Part shown: piece after piece, positions 51,559-64,000 of the stretch
Layout of the letters: the number at the start of each line of letters is the position of its first letter
Numbering within the stretch: the stretch's first letter is position 1
Assembly (NCBI GenBank): GCA_964016885.1
Contig: OZ024742.1
Location: 147,188,001-147,252,000, forward strand
Origin: Eledone cirrhosa
Taxonomy: Eukaryota
Length of the DNA: 64,000 nt
Direction: 5' to 3'
The notes under the pieces: model-generated
The model's database searches: none
Seen by the model: only the letters and a program-made list of their open reading frames with translations
Told to the model about the DNA's origin: nothing
Position numbers and translations under genes: made by a program

Positions 51559-53024
51559 GTGAGTCACTGAATCTAGTGAATTATGTCTAACATATTATTG
51601 GTACTTATTTTATCTACATCTCATTCTCCACAGGATTTTGACTCAAGGCCTTTTAGCTAAGGAGCAGCAAGGGGATGCAATAGTACGGGCAGCAATCACC
51701 CAGGTGCAAATTTTCTGGTCCTGTCATACCTGTTAATTAACACTTTAGCATTTACATTATTCTATATATACTATTGTATTTTCATGGTAAAAACATTATC
51801 TCACATAACATCAAAGCTATGAGATTTTGATATTTATTTTAAGAAAAATAACTTAACATCAGTATGAGTGGCCAGTTTGAACAGAAAGAGGTGAGAGAAT
51901 TCTGGCTGGATACAGCCAGTTTACACACACACACACACACGCACACGCACACACACACACACAACTGTCTTTTTCTCCCAGATGGAATGGTTGCTACACT
52001 ACTGCTCTCTTGAAGAGCAAAGCTAAATGCCCTGTGCCCTACTGCTCCAGAAACCCATATATTAAGAAATCTATTGAATTTTGAATTTTATGGGTTTTAT
52101 TTGTGTTGTAAGAGGTGACTAAATATGTTGGTGCCAGGAAGGACAACCAGCCATAAAACATTATCTCAAAAAGGACCCCATCATGTATATGAAACCAGCT
52201 ACAGGATCCACAAGACTAAATCCTATTCCAACAAGGAAAATAGCCTTAAAATATTTCTTGTTGTGCGTTGTTGTGTTCAAGGCCAATTAGGCATCAACGA
52301 AGGGCACAGACATTGAATTAAATTAAATATATTATAATTTCTTACAATCAATAATCACTAAACATCTTTAGTGTTGGGAAAATATTCAAAATGGTGGAGA
52401 GGGTTGCAAATATTAATAAACATACACACATACACAAGCACACAGGCACACACACAGACACACACACTGACATACACACACATACACATATGATCATACA
52501 AACACACAGACACACACACTGACTCACACACTGGCACACACACACACACACACATACATACACATATGATCATACATACACACATATATACACATTTTTG
52601 CATATAAACATCTAAATTATATATTCAAAGTCTAAATTGGAAATAATTTTGCGAATTTTTCAATTTTCCCTGTATTTTAGGCCTGCTATAAACATTTCGT
52701 CAGCGTCACTGTCATTACTATCATCATCACCATTGTTTTTATATTCAGCTTTCCATGCTGAATGGGATTTTTGAGATGGTGTTTTATGGTTGGATGCCCT
52801 TCCCGATGCCAACTCTTTTAGGTGTTTCTTACAACATGCAGAGATGGTACCTATTCTAAAACTTGGGATACACAATTTAGCCTATTTTTTATTTAACAAT
52901 CAACAAGATCTGACCTCATTTGCTTACTGAGTGGATTGGAAGTTGTCAAATTGGACCAAGAAAACAATGTTTTCCATTGATGATACTATCTACCAGTTGC
53001 AGCTCTTGGCAGAAAGAGCAACGG

Positions 53025-53130
53025 AAAATAAGGTGTCTTCCTCAAGGACATAACACATTGCCCAGTTTGGGAATCGAACTCTCAATCTCGTGATTGCAAA
53101 TCAAATTCTCTAACCACTAGGCCGCATGCC
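53025..53130 (-). mobile_element. Degraded CORE-like tRNA SINE head
   Basis: Reverse complement AGGCATGCGGCCTAGTGGTTAGAG...GAGTTCGATTCCC...GTCCTTGAGGAAGACACC. Confidence 0.6.
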
Positions 53131-54584
53131 TATATCCTTCTCTATTCAACATATTTACTTCTATTACAAATCCATTTTTTTAAGAATGCTAAATTGACCC
53201 TAGTACTTTGCTAGTACTTAATTTTATTGACTCAAGGGGGATGAAAGACAAAATTGACTTTATATGATTTGAACTTATGATGTAAAGAGATGAAACTAAA
53301 TACCACAAGACATAAGAGCACCTAGTATATACTGTAAAGTGGTTAGTGATAGGAAAGGCATCCAGCCATGGAAGACCCCTTCAGTTATCTCAAAGACATG
53401 GCAACCTCCTTAGTGCTGATAGCACAATAAAATGCACTTGGTAGAGTCTGGGAGGTTAGTAGACCCACTTTAGTACTGATGTGGTCTGTAAAGACCCATC
53501 CAACGCTTGCTTAAATGGTGATGATAATGATAATGAGGAATTCTGCCAATCTACTGCCTTCCTCATTAGTATTCCCACTGAGCTGTTTTTCAATCCACTG
53601 CAGAATGAAACCTCAGAAACTACACTGGTTTTAGGCTTACCTGTCGATGTTGGCCAAGTACAGGTCAGACTGGGTAGGGAATTTGAAATCAGAATGCAAA
53701 GAGTCAGATCAGCTACCACAAAGCATCTCATTTGACACTAACAATTCTGCCAATTCACTCCTTCCTGGACTTCTAATTTATTTATCAACTTCAAAAGATT
53801 GAATGTCACAGTCAATCTCAATGCGATTTGAACTCAAATCACAGAGAGCTGGAAGAAATAACACAAACTATTTTATCCAACACTGTTACAACTCTACCAA
53901 CCAGTCACCTTCCTCAGCATTAGTATACAATAATAATGTTTATTCTTCACCAGAGTCTTTACCATACACAATACTACTCAATATTCCTTCATCTGTGTTG
54001 TGTATTTCTTAGTTTCCTCTGTTGCTTCTACTTATTTCATGTCACTCTGGAATCTACTAATTTATCTATCTCTGTTTCTTTCATAGAACAGAATACTATC
54101 TCTTGGTAATTATTTAGGGCTCTAGCAAGCCCTCTTCAAATTTATTCCACTTTCTATTTGAAAGGTTTTGATTATGACAGGTACACTCTTTCTTCCTCTA
54201 TCCCTTTATTACTGTTATCATTCTTAAAGAATGATGGGCTATGGGAAAATGTAAAGCCTCAGACTTTAATACATTATAATATTTAATTTTGGCCCTCCGT
54301 GTTCTGAGTTCAAATCTCAGCAGATTTGCCTTTGCTTTTCACACCCCTAGACTTAATTATATATAAATACAGCAGTTAAATAATGGAGTAAATTTAATCA
54401 AATATACCTTTTATCAAATTTGTGATAATCAAATATACCTTTTTTTCAAATTTGTGATGCCTCTGTTCAGATGTAAAGGATGTTGAGCTGGATCTTGGGA
54501 ATGGTCAGAAGGAAGGTGTGAAGATGATTTGTTAACTAGGAGATATATTGAATAAATAATGTAGATCAAACTCAGTGACAGTAA

Positions 54585-54925
54585 TTAGAGGTGAGATGTG
54601 GATGGAAGAGGTTTTGGGAACTGAGTGGCATGCTAATGAGAAGGAGCGCGTCTCTGAAACTGAAGAGAAAGGTGTATGCGTGAGAAGTCCCATGATTTGT
54701 GGAAGCAAGACATGGGAGATGAATGTGGAACAGCATAGAAGGCTGGAAAGAAATGAGAATTGTCCAATGGGTGAGTGGAATATTGCTCAGAGAAAAGATA
54801 AACAATGAATTGCAGAGGACGGTGGGAATAGAGCCAGCAGTGGGAAAAGAACTGGAGTGAGATGGTTGAATCATGAGTTGAAGAAGGATGAAAGTGACTG
54901 GATTAGAGGAATGATGGAAATGAAT
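54585..54925 (+). pseudogene. Ancient RTE RT C-terminal remnant
   Basis: CVRSPMICGSKTWEMNVEQHRRLERNE, cf. CIRTAMLHGSETW...RRLERNE. Confidence 0.6.
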
Positions 54926-55149
54926 ATGGAAGTGATGGTGGTGGTGGTGGTGGTGAAGATGGTGTTGATGGTGGTGGTGGTGGTAGGGTGGTGATGATGA
55001 TAATGAGGATGTTGATGGTGATGATTAAAGTTTGGTTACAATTCTGTGGTTTGGTGTTTAAGAACTGTTCTTTACATACAAGTTGATTAATTTACTCATC
55101 ATCATCATCACCATCATCATCGGAATATAATTATTTACTCAACCCGACA

Positions 55150-57665
55150 ACCTTCACCATCAACATCACCATCATTGTTATCAGTATCGACAACACCATC
55201 ATCGTCATCAATACTGTCATCATCATCATTAGCAGCAGCAGCACCACCACCACCACCAATAAATCTGTCAATAGCACCACCACTAAAAACATGCCAACAC
55301 CACCAACAATACTACCAAAAACACCATGAACAACAACATCATCATCAACACCACAACACCATCAGCAGCAACACCATCACCACTACCAACAACAACAGAA
55401 ACACCACCACAACCAACATCACCAACACCACCACCACCGACAACAACACAACGAAACCATCATCAGCATCAACAACACCACCATCAACATTAAAAACACC
55501 ACCATGAACATCACCACCAACCATGTAAACATCAACAGAAACAACAACACCATCACCAACACCTCCAATACCAACAACAACACCATACACCATACACCAC
55601 CAACAAAAACACCAACAGCGATAACAATGCCATCACCACCATTCCAAACAACAATAACACCACCCACACCACCAACAATTCCAACAGCAATAACAAAACA
55701 ACGCCATCACCACCACTACCAACAACAACATCACCACATCACCAACAACAACTACATCACCAACACCAACACCACCGACAACAACACAACAAAACCATCA
55801 TCAGCATCAACAATACCACAATCAACATCAAAAACACCACCATGAACATCACCACCAACCATGTAAACATCAACACAAACAACAACACCATCACCAACAC
55901 CTCCAATATCAACAACAACAACAACAATAACACCACCACCACCACCACCACCACCACCACCAACAACAACAAAAACACCTAACAACACCAACAGCAATAA
56001 CACCGCCATCACCACCACTACCACCAACAACAACAACACGACCCACATCACCCACCACCCACATTACCAACAACATCAACAACACCACCCACATTACCAA
56101 CAACATCAACAACACCACCCACATTACCAACAACATCAACAACATCACCCACATTACCACCAACATCAACAACACCATCCACATTACCAACAACAACAAC
56201 AACACCATCCACATTACCACCAACAACAACACGACCCACATCACCCACATTACCAACAACATCAACAACACCATCCACATTACCACCAACAACAACAACA
56301 CCATCCACATCACCAACAACAACAACAACACCATCCACATCACCAACAACAACAACAACACCATCCACATTACCAACAACATCAACAACACCACCCACAT
56401 TACCACCAACAACATCAACAACACCATCCACATTACCACCAACAACAACACGACCCACATCACCCACCACCCACATTACCAACAACATCAACAACACCAT
56501 CCACATCACCACCAACAACAACACGACCCACATCACCCACCATCCACATTACCACCAACATCAACAACACCATCCACATCACCACCAACAACAACACGAC
56601 CCACATCACCCACCACCCACATTACCACCAACATCAACAACACCATCCACATCACCACCAACAACAACACGACCCACATCACCCACCACCCACATTACCA
56701 CCAACATCAACAACACCATCCACATCACCACCAACAACAACACGACCCACATCACCCACCACCCACATTACCAACAACATCAACAACACCATCCACATCA
56801 CCACCAACAACAACACGACCCACATCACCCACCACCCACATTACCAACAACATCAACAACACCATCCACATCACCACCAACAACAACACGACCCACATCA
56901 CCCACCATCCACATTACCACCAACATCAACAACACCATCCACATCACCACCAACAACAACACGACCCACATCACCCACCACCCACATTACCACCAACATC
57001 AACAACACCATCCACATCACCACCAACAACAACACGACCCACATCACCCACCACCCACATTACCACCAACATCAACAACACCATCCACATCACCACCAAC
57101 AACAACACGACCCACATCACCCACCACCCACATTACCAACAACATCAACAACACCATCCACATCACCACCAACAACAACACGACCCACATCACCCACATT
57201 ACCAACAACATCAACAACACCATCCACATTACCACCAACAACAACAACACCATCCACATCACCAACAACAACAACAACACCATCCACATTACCAACAACA
57301 ACAACACGACCCACATCACCCACATTACCAACAACATCAACAACACCATCCACATTACCACCAACAACAACAACACCATCCACATCACCACCAACAACAA
57401 CACGACCCACATCACCCACCACCCACATTACCAACAACATCAACAACACCATCCACATCACCACCAACAACAACACGACCCACATCACCCACCACCCACA
57501 TTACCAACAACATCAACAACACCATCCACATCACCACCAACAACAACACGACCCACATCACCCACCATCCACATTACCAACAACATCAACAACACCATCC
57601 ACATCACCACCAACAACAACACGACCCACATCACCCACCATCCACATTACCAACAACAACAACTA
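55150..57665. repeat. CAA/CAC-rich low-complexity region containing a 73-bp minisatellite (~56461-57660)
   Basis: Unit CACCCACCACCCACATTACCAACAACATCAACAACACCATCCACATCACCACCAACAACAACACGACCCACAT; also a ~170-bp direct repeat at ~55416 and ~55755. Confidence 0.9.
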
Positions 57666-58071
57666 TTACATTTTGTGATAATCAGAGTAAAAGAGAAATT
57701 GGAGCCAGAGAAATAGTAGAGAAGGAATTCTTGTAGAGTCAATGTTGTTGTGGAAATGGTTGAGGGATTGGTGGTGGTAGGGGAAGATATTCTGTAAGAA
57801 TCTCTTTATCAGCATTTCATACAGAATTCTTCACACACACACGCACACATATATATTTATATATACTCAAACAGAGACAGACTCATGCATACACACATAC
57901 TCAGAAACATATACACACATTCATACAAAAGACACACACCAACAGACAGACAAATACACTCACAAACACAGAGATTACACAGACAATTACAGAGACAGAC
58001 AAACACACACAGATACATACATACACACGCACGCATACACGCGCACACGCAAACATATAACACATCCATAC

Positions 58072-58145
<74 letters not shown>

Positions 58146-58542
58146 GACAGACAAGTACACACTCTCACACACTGAGACTACACACACAATTACAGACGCA
58201 AACAAACACACACACACCTACACACAAACACAAACAGGTTCACACAGACAAATACACAGTTGCAAATGCACACACACACATACAGACCAACACAAACACA
58301 CTCACTCACATGCACACACACTCAAACTTAGAGGCGCACACATGGAAATATATGCATGTGTGTGTATGTGGATGTGTGTAAATGTTCATATGTAAAGTAT
58401 GTTTGTGTAAAAATATGTTTTCTAAGAGTGTGTATGTGTGTGTGTGCTTGTATATGTATTTATTTATGTGTGAAATGTGTAAAAGTAAGTTTTTGTATAA
58501 GTGTGTTATTCATACATATTTATGTATGTACTTGTATATATA

Positions 58543-59372
58543 TCGTCATCATCATCATCATCTTCGTTTAACATCCATCTTCCACTCTAGCATGGGTTAG
58601 ACGGGAGTTGTCCCAATTTGAGGCAAGGTTGGTCGGGTGACCGTGTCTCGTTCATACAGGACTATCTGGCAGGTTTTCTACGGCTGGATGCCCTTCCTAG
58701 CACCAACCACATTTACAGTGTGGAACTGGGAATTTTTTACCGCGTTACCTACACGGCCACATTACAGCGTGGACTGTGTGGTTTTTTTTTTTTGTCTTGA
58801 CACCTACACAATCTCGATCTCATTATCTCATTTATTTGGACAGGATGCTGTGGTACCAACTTTACAGAGAGAGGGTGGTGTTGATGGGAGTGGGGGGATA
58901 GGGTAGGGGTAGTGGATTGGGGTGTATATTTGGTTAAGAGGTGCCTACTGACTGTAGGTTTCACTTTGTACATAGGCAAGGTGGGTCTTCTGTATTACTG
59001 CATAGCGCCAAAGATCTCGGTCCAGTGACAATGTCTTAGAGAGGTGCAAGTGTGTAAGGTCGGAATTTATCAGATCCTCCCAGGGTTTCCTGGGTTTACC
59101 TACTCTGTAACTACCATCAATTTTGATCGCCCTGCACTTTTTTATACAGCTGCCGTCTTTCATGCGCATCATGTGGCCATACCAATGTAGTCTTCCCTCA
59201 AGTAAACAGCATCTGATCCCTCTTATTCCTAAATTTCTCACTTAGTTCATTTATGCTTTGCCGCTCACGTATATTATTATTACACATCCAACGGAGCATG
59301 CATGCTTCGTTCCTTTCCAGTCTGTGCAGGTCCTCTGCACGTAATGCCCATGTCTCACTGCCATGTAGCATT
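58543..59372 (-). mobile_element. Older 5'-truncated RTE family A-related copy
   Basis: [30 protein letters not shown]...GKPRKPW; 3'UTR homologous to family A; (TA)n at both ends. Confidence 0.88.
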
Positions 59373-59594
59373 ATATATATATATATAATGCTGTGTGTGT
59401 GTGTGCATGTGTGTCTGAAAGGAAAGTGTGTATATGATACTCTGTAAGTATGTTTATGCAATATTATATGCTTTTGCACGTGTATATGTATGTGTATATC
59501 TTCTAGTATTTGTGTATATGTCTCTGCATGTGTTTATGTGAGTGTATGCACAAATGTGTACGTAAGTGTGCTTTCAATATTTCCTATATAGGTA

Positions 59595-59732
59595 CAGGCA
59601 TGGCTAGATGATTAAGGAGTTCACTTCACAACCACAAGATTTTGTGTTTACTCCCACTACATAACCCCCATGGGCAAGTGTCTTCAACTATAGCTTTGGA
59701 TTGACCAATCCCTTGCGAGTAAAATTTGGTTG
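59595..59732 (+). mobile_element. Degraded octopus-type tRNA/CORE-like SINE
   Basis: GGCATGGCT...CAACCAC...CCCACT...TGGGCAAGTGTCTTC.ACTATAGC...GACCAA. Confidence 0.5.
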
Positions 59733-60119
59733 GGATACTTTGCTAGAGATATAACTTTCTAAATAACAGAAGTGTTTGGTGATTTGCAGAGTGATGGTTG
59801 GCAATATGTTAGTCGGATTTTCAGTGTGAACATGTGGTTAAAATGTCTAAAGAAAGACTTGCTGGACAGAATTTACAAGCAAAGCCAACTGACAGGAGAC
59901 CCAGAGGTAGACCATGAGCCAAATGGTTGGATAACATCCATAAGCTCAGTTGGTCTTTCTTGGGGACTCAACTGGATCATTTGAGGATGGTTGCTTCTGA
60001 TAGGACCCCCTGGAAGGTGTACCTGAGGACTCTACCTTCACAACCCTCTCAGAAATAAGTGAGCGAAGAAGAAAAAGAAGAGAAAAAGGGACTTCAATGT
60101 TTTATACCATTTTTCCGTC

Positions 60120-61560
60120 TTCCTGAAATCTATGGAAAGGGCATAGCTGATGGTAGCACAGTCATTGGCATATAGTAATTCTCACACTGAGTTTATTGAC
60201 TTTGTCAGGGTTTTCAGTCATCTGATATTCAGTACCTTGATGTCAGTGTAATAGATAAAATCCATGCTTTCTCACATGGTTTTGAAAGTTTCAAGAATGG
60301 CACTAAGATAGATCACAACTGACTGTGAGGATACAACCTTGTTTTAGCCAGGTACTCATTTCTAACTGTCTACTTAGAGTTTGGTTATGCTGGATGGAGC
60401 TCTGTGCTCTGTTATGTAGCAGTGCAGTTACTCTCACCAGTTTTCTTGGTATGTCCATCCTTATCATAACATCCCTCAACATAGGTTGGTTTACTGTGTC
60501 AAATACTTTATGTGGATTGATGAACATGATATATAGTGGAGTACTTTATTCTTGATTGTTCTCATGGAGTTGGCAGAGGAAAAATATCATGTTTAAGATG
60601 CCTCTTCCTGGATGAAAACTACACTGTACCTTAGATAGTATACAGTGGTTACGATCTATGATTGCTAGTAGTCTAGTAATGATGGTTCTGGTCAGCATTT
60701 TCCTAGCAGCAGAATCAAAGTGAAATGCCACTGTAGTTACCACAGTTGGTTTAGTCCTTTTGTTTTGGTAGAGCACAGTGATATCCGCATCTTTAAATTC
60801 CTGGAGAACTGCCTGTTCTGAGTATATTTTAATAAATAGATTAGTTAAAGCTTTGCTGAGTTCTTGACCACTATTGTTAATGAGTTCAGCAGTTATCTTC
60901 TCAAGACCTTCTATGTGGTTGTTGTGAAGTAGATGCAAGGCTCTTTGTAACTTCATCTGTTGTGAGAGTCAATGTCAAGTTTTGTTCAGTTGTTCTTTGT
61001 TTTATGTGGTTGATGATGTATCTGTCCATGCTGGTATCCTTGCTGTACAGCTTATTGAAGTATTCTCTCCATCAATTGCTGATCTCTGCAATGCATCAAA
61101 TTAGGTTACCATTTTCATCCTTGATTATGACAATGGAGTTGGTACTATACTCCCTTCTGACTGCAGCATAGAAGTTTCTGTGATCCTGTGTATCCACGTA
61201 GGTTTGTAGCTCATTGGCTTTAGTGGACCATCATGATTTTTTTTCCTTTGTCTTTTCAGTTTTTGGACTGTGACTTTATGCTCAAGATATTTGCTTCATG
61301 TTCTTAAGCAAAATATGAAAAATGAAGTCCTTTTCTGATTGAAGAGATCAAGGATGTTTTTGTTATTTTCATCAAACCAGCCTTGATGCCTTTTGGGAGT
61401 GGAACCAAGTGTTACAGTTGGCCATATCAAGGATGGTTGTTTTGATATGACTAAATCATGAACCATGAAACATGTGGAATTCATGGTTTATGCTGCATCT
61501 TTATGGTCCCCCTCACTGGTTGTATAGGCTGTTTGGCATTTCAAATTCAGCTTTTCATTA
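60120..61560 (-). pseudogene. Heavily decayed RTE (BovB/AviRTE-like) RT region
   Basis: HQGWFDENN, QEFKDADITVLYQNK, KMLTRTIITRLL, QCSFHPGRGILNMIF, KVFDTVN, LKQGCIL. Confidence 0.75.
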
Positions 61561-62552
61561 AAGGCTGAATTTCAATGTTATACGCACATACATACATATA
61601 CATACATACACACACATACATACATATACCTACACACATACACACCTAAACATACACATATACACAAACAAATACACATACACATATACATAATACACCT
61701 ACACACACATTTAATCAAATATACACACACACAGCTACACAGACACACATAAAGTCATACAAACATACTTAGTCATGCTGTAAAGAGAGATAAGATAACT
61801 ATATATCAATACAGTTGGTGACATCACAGATCAGTAGGATAGTTGGCGGCAGTCCTCAACATAATGAGGTAGTGGCAATCATAATCATCAACATCATCAT
61901 CATCAATCTTTTCCTATGTTAATATGGATTGGACAGGTTGTCACAATCCAAGACTGGATGTGTTGCTGGGATATGTTTATACATCACTTCCTATTGTCAA
62001 CCCCTTTACATAGTGTACTGGGTGCATTTTCATGTGGCATCAGCACTATCACTTTACACAGCTTACTGGGTACATTATTTTGACATACAAAGACAATGGA
62101 AAAAAGAACAGTCCCTTCACGTGAGTCAACTTATGGAAATCACTATAGTTTCAGTGCATTAAGGTTGATACCATTTATTCCAGTGTACGTTGGGACGCAA
62201 CAAAACAGGGACACAGGACAAGTTATACCTTTCAGTGAATTACACAAATAAAGTAAAAAAAGTGCTACAACCAATGTGATTTAAAGGAAGAGAGAGAAAC
62301 GTAGTGCATGGTAGCTTAGCCAAAGAGAGAAAATATATATGTGTGTGTGTGCTTACATGTGCACACACATTTTCATCCATAGTCAGTTACATAGCAGTCC
62401 TATTCAGCATATTTTACATATCTACACAATCTAACTGGGTGGCATGGAATATATTTTATCTCTGTCTCTCTCTCTCTCTCCCTCACACACACCTACACAC
62501 ATACAAACATACATATATACACTCACACATTCATATACACACATACGCACAT

Positions 62553-63070
62553 ATAATAATAATGGCTGCCCCCTCGTTATCGAGTATGGCCATTGCACGA
62601 TATACCATTATTAATAATTATTAATTAATTCTATTGTGCAATGCCTGTGCGTGAAGATACTTTTTAAAGTGAGGAAAGACTGTGCACTGAGCCAATCCCA
62701 CTCTCTGAGTGACAGTAGCTATAACCCGAAAAGAAGAAAAGATCAATATCATCGGTAACTACTGAGCCACGGGTTTTGTTATCCCAGTTTGCTGAGTTGC
62801 CTTCTCCTAGAAGAAGGCTAGGGGTTCTTCACTGCCAGTGGTTTAACCGCGCGGTACATGTGTATATACATATTTACACACTTTCAGATGTCCGTTGACT
62901 CTTATGAGTTCTTCTGCCCTTTGTCAGGTTTTGTTTTTTGTCCTGCAAGATGTCCAAAATCACCCTTCTCACCAAGTAAACTTGGTGGGGTTGCCGGTTT
63001 AGTCACCGATGACCTGACCATGCGACAGGTTGTACTGGGTTACATGTTACCAGTAGCACTCAAGAGTGAC
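62553..63070 (-). mobile_element. Diverged copy of the bipartite non-autonomous RTE element
   Basis: Colinear with 5906..6456; the minus strand ends ACTCGATAACGAG..GGCAGCC followed by an (ATT)n tail. Confidence 0.65.
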
Positions 63071-63314
63071 ATACATACATATACATGCATACACATTCAT
63101 ACATGCATAAACATACATATACAAACATTCTCTCTCCTGCTCTCTGACACACACACACACACACACACAGACAATCCTTTGTAATCTCTTTCTCTCTCTT
63201 TATTTTATCTATACCGTTTCTCTTACTGTCTCTCTTCCCACTCTCTCTCTCTCTTCTCATATCCTCTGTTCATTTCTCTTACATCCTCTTTCTTATTCTC
63301 ATTATCTAGTTTAC

Positions 63315-63437
<123 letters not shown>

Positions 63438-63605
63438 CTTTTTCTTCAACAGGTGTCTATTAACAACAAGCATTACCCCCACCACTATATTTCACACCAC
63501 ATTCAGGCTCACTATCACCACATCACCTTCAGTTGTCTTCACTTACTCCACTACTTCAGACAACAATTTATGGAACTTCATTCATTATAATCATATTTCT
63601 ATATA

Positions 63606-63995
63606 ACACCATGGTTTATCCCCCTTACAAACATTTAACACTGATGAACTACCAATATCATGAAACATCTGTATTACACCATGGTTTGTCCCCCTTACAA
63701 ACATTTAACATTGATGAATCACCAATATCATGAAACATCTGTTCTATACATATCTTTAAAACAACATGGTTTATCCCCCTTACAAACATTTAACACTAAT
63801 GAACCACCAATATCATGAAACAACTGTTCTTTACATATCTATATAACAGCAGTCTTTAACTCACTCACAAACATTTAACACTGATGAACCAGCAATACCA
63901 TAAAACATGTTTTTTTTTTACATATGTCATACAGCAGTCATTATCTCTCTTACAAGCACATTCAACACTAATAAACCACCATTATCAAACACACA
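63606..63995. repeat. Degenerate 70-87 bp minisatellite, ~5 units
   Basis: TTACAAACATTTAACACTGATGAA..CCAATATCATGAAACA-like core at ~63641, 63711, 63796, 63881, 63968. Confidence 0.8.
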
Positions 63996-64000
63996 TCAAC

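Noticed and set aside
55175-57488. Thr/Pro/His-rich or Val/Leu-rich ORFs resembling mucins or membrane proteins
   Set aside because: Translations of CAA/CAC repeats; the 73-bp unit breaks frame.
63641-63910. CTGATGA-N14-GAAAC in tandem units as a hammerhead/retrozyme array
   Set aside because: No stem II or stem I pairing, and the core is mutated in most units.

Overview
Eukaryotic, extremely repeat-rich DNA, most likely an octopus or other coleoid cephalopod (inferred from the SINE families and the density of (TA)n/(CA)n arrays). The only recognisable host gene is the large first coding exon of a long-isoform TSC22D/bunched gene (minus strand, 15573..14036, ending at a GT donor); its TSC-box/leucine-zipper exons were not seen and probably lie left of the window. 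Most of the rest is multi-kb (TA)n-based microsatellite. Into it are nested a near full-length RTE LINE (APE-RT with a PHD-like finger), many 5'-truncated RTE copies of two families, a CR1 LINE, Penelope-like (GIY-YIG) elements, tRNA-derived SINEs, bipartite non-autonomous RTEs, a TIR element and a decayed Gypsy element. Main observations: (1) about 16 insertions from several unrelated retroelement classes have (TA)n at both ends; (2) a Penelope and an RTE are fused 5'-to-5'; (3) two hammerhead-ribozyme-like motifs lie downstream of Penelope-type ORFs; (4) a ~300-bp inverted duplication sits at an RTE 5' junction; (5) two RTE copies share the same 5' breakpoint; (6) a SINE carries the RTE 3' tail. 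The long Y/I/H/M/C-rich ORFs in the track are microsatellite artefacts. Family names come from recalled motifs, not database searches.
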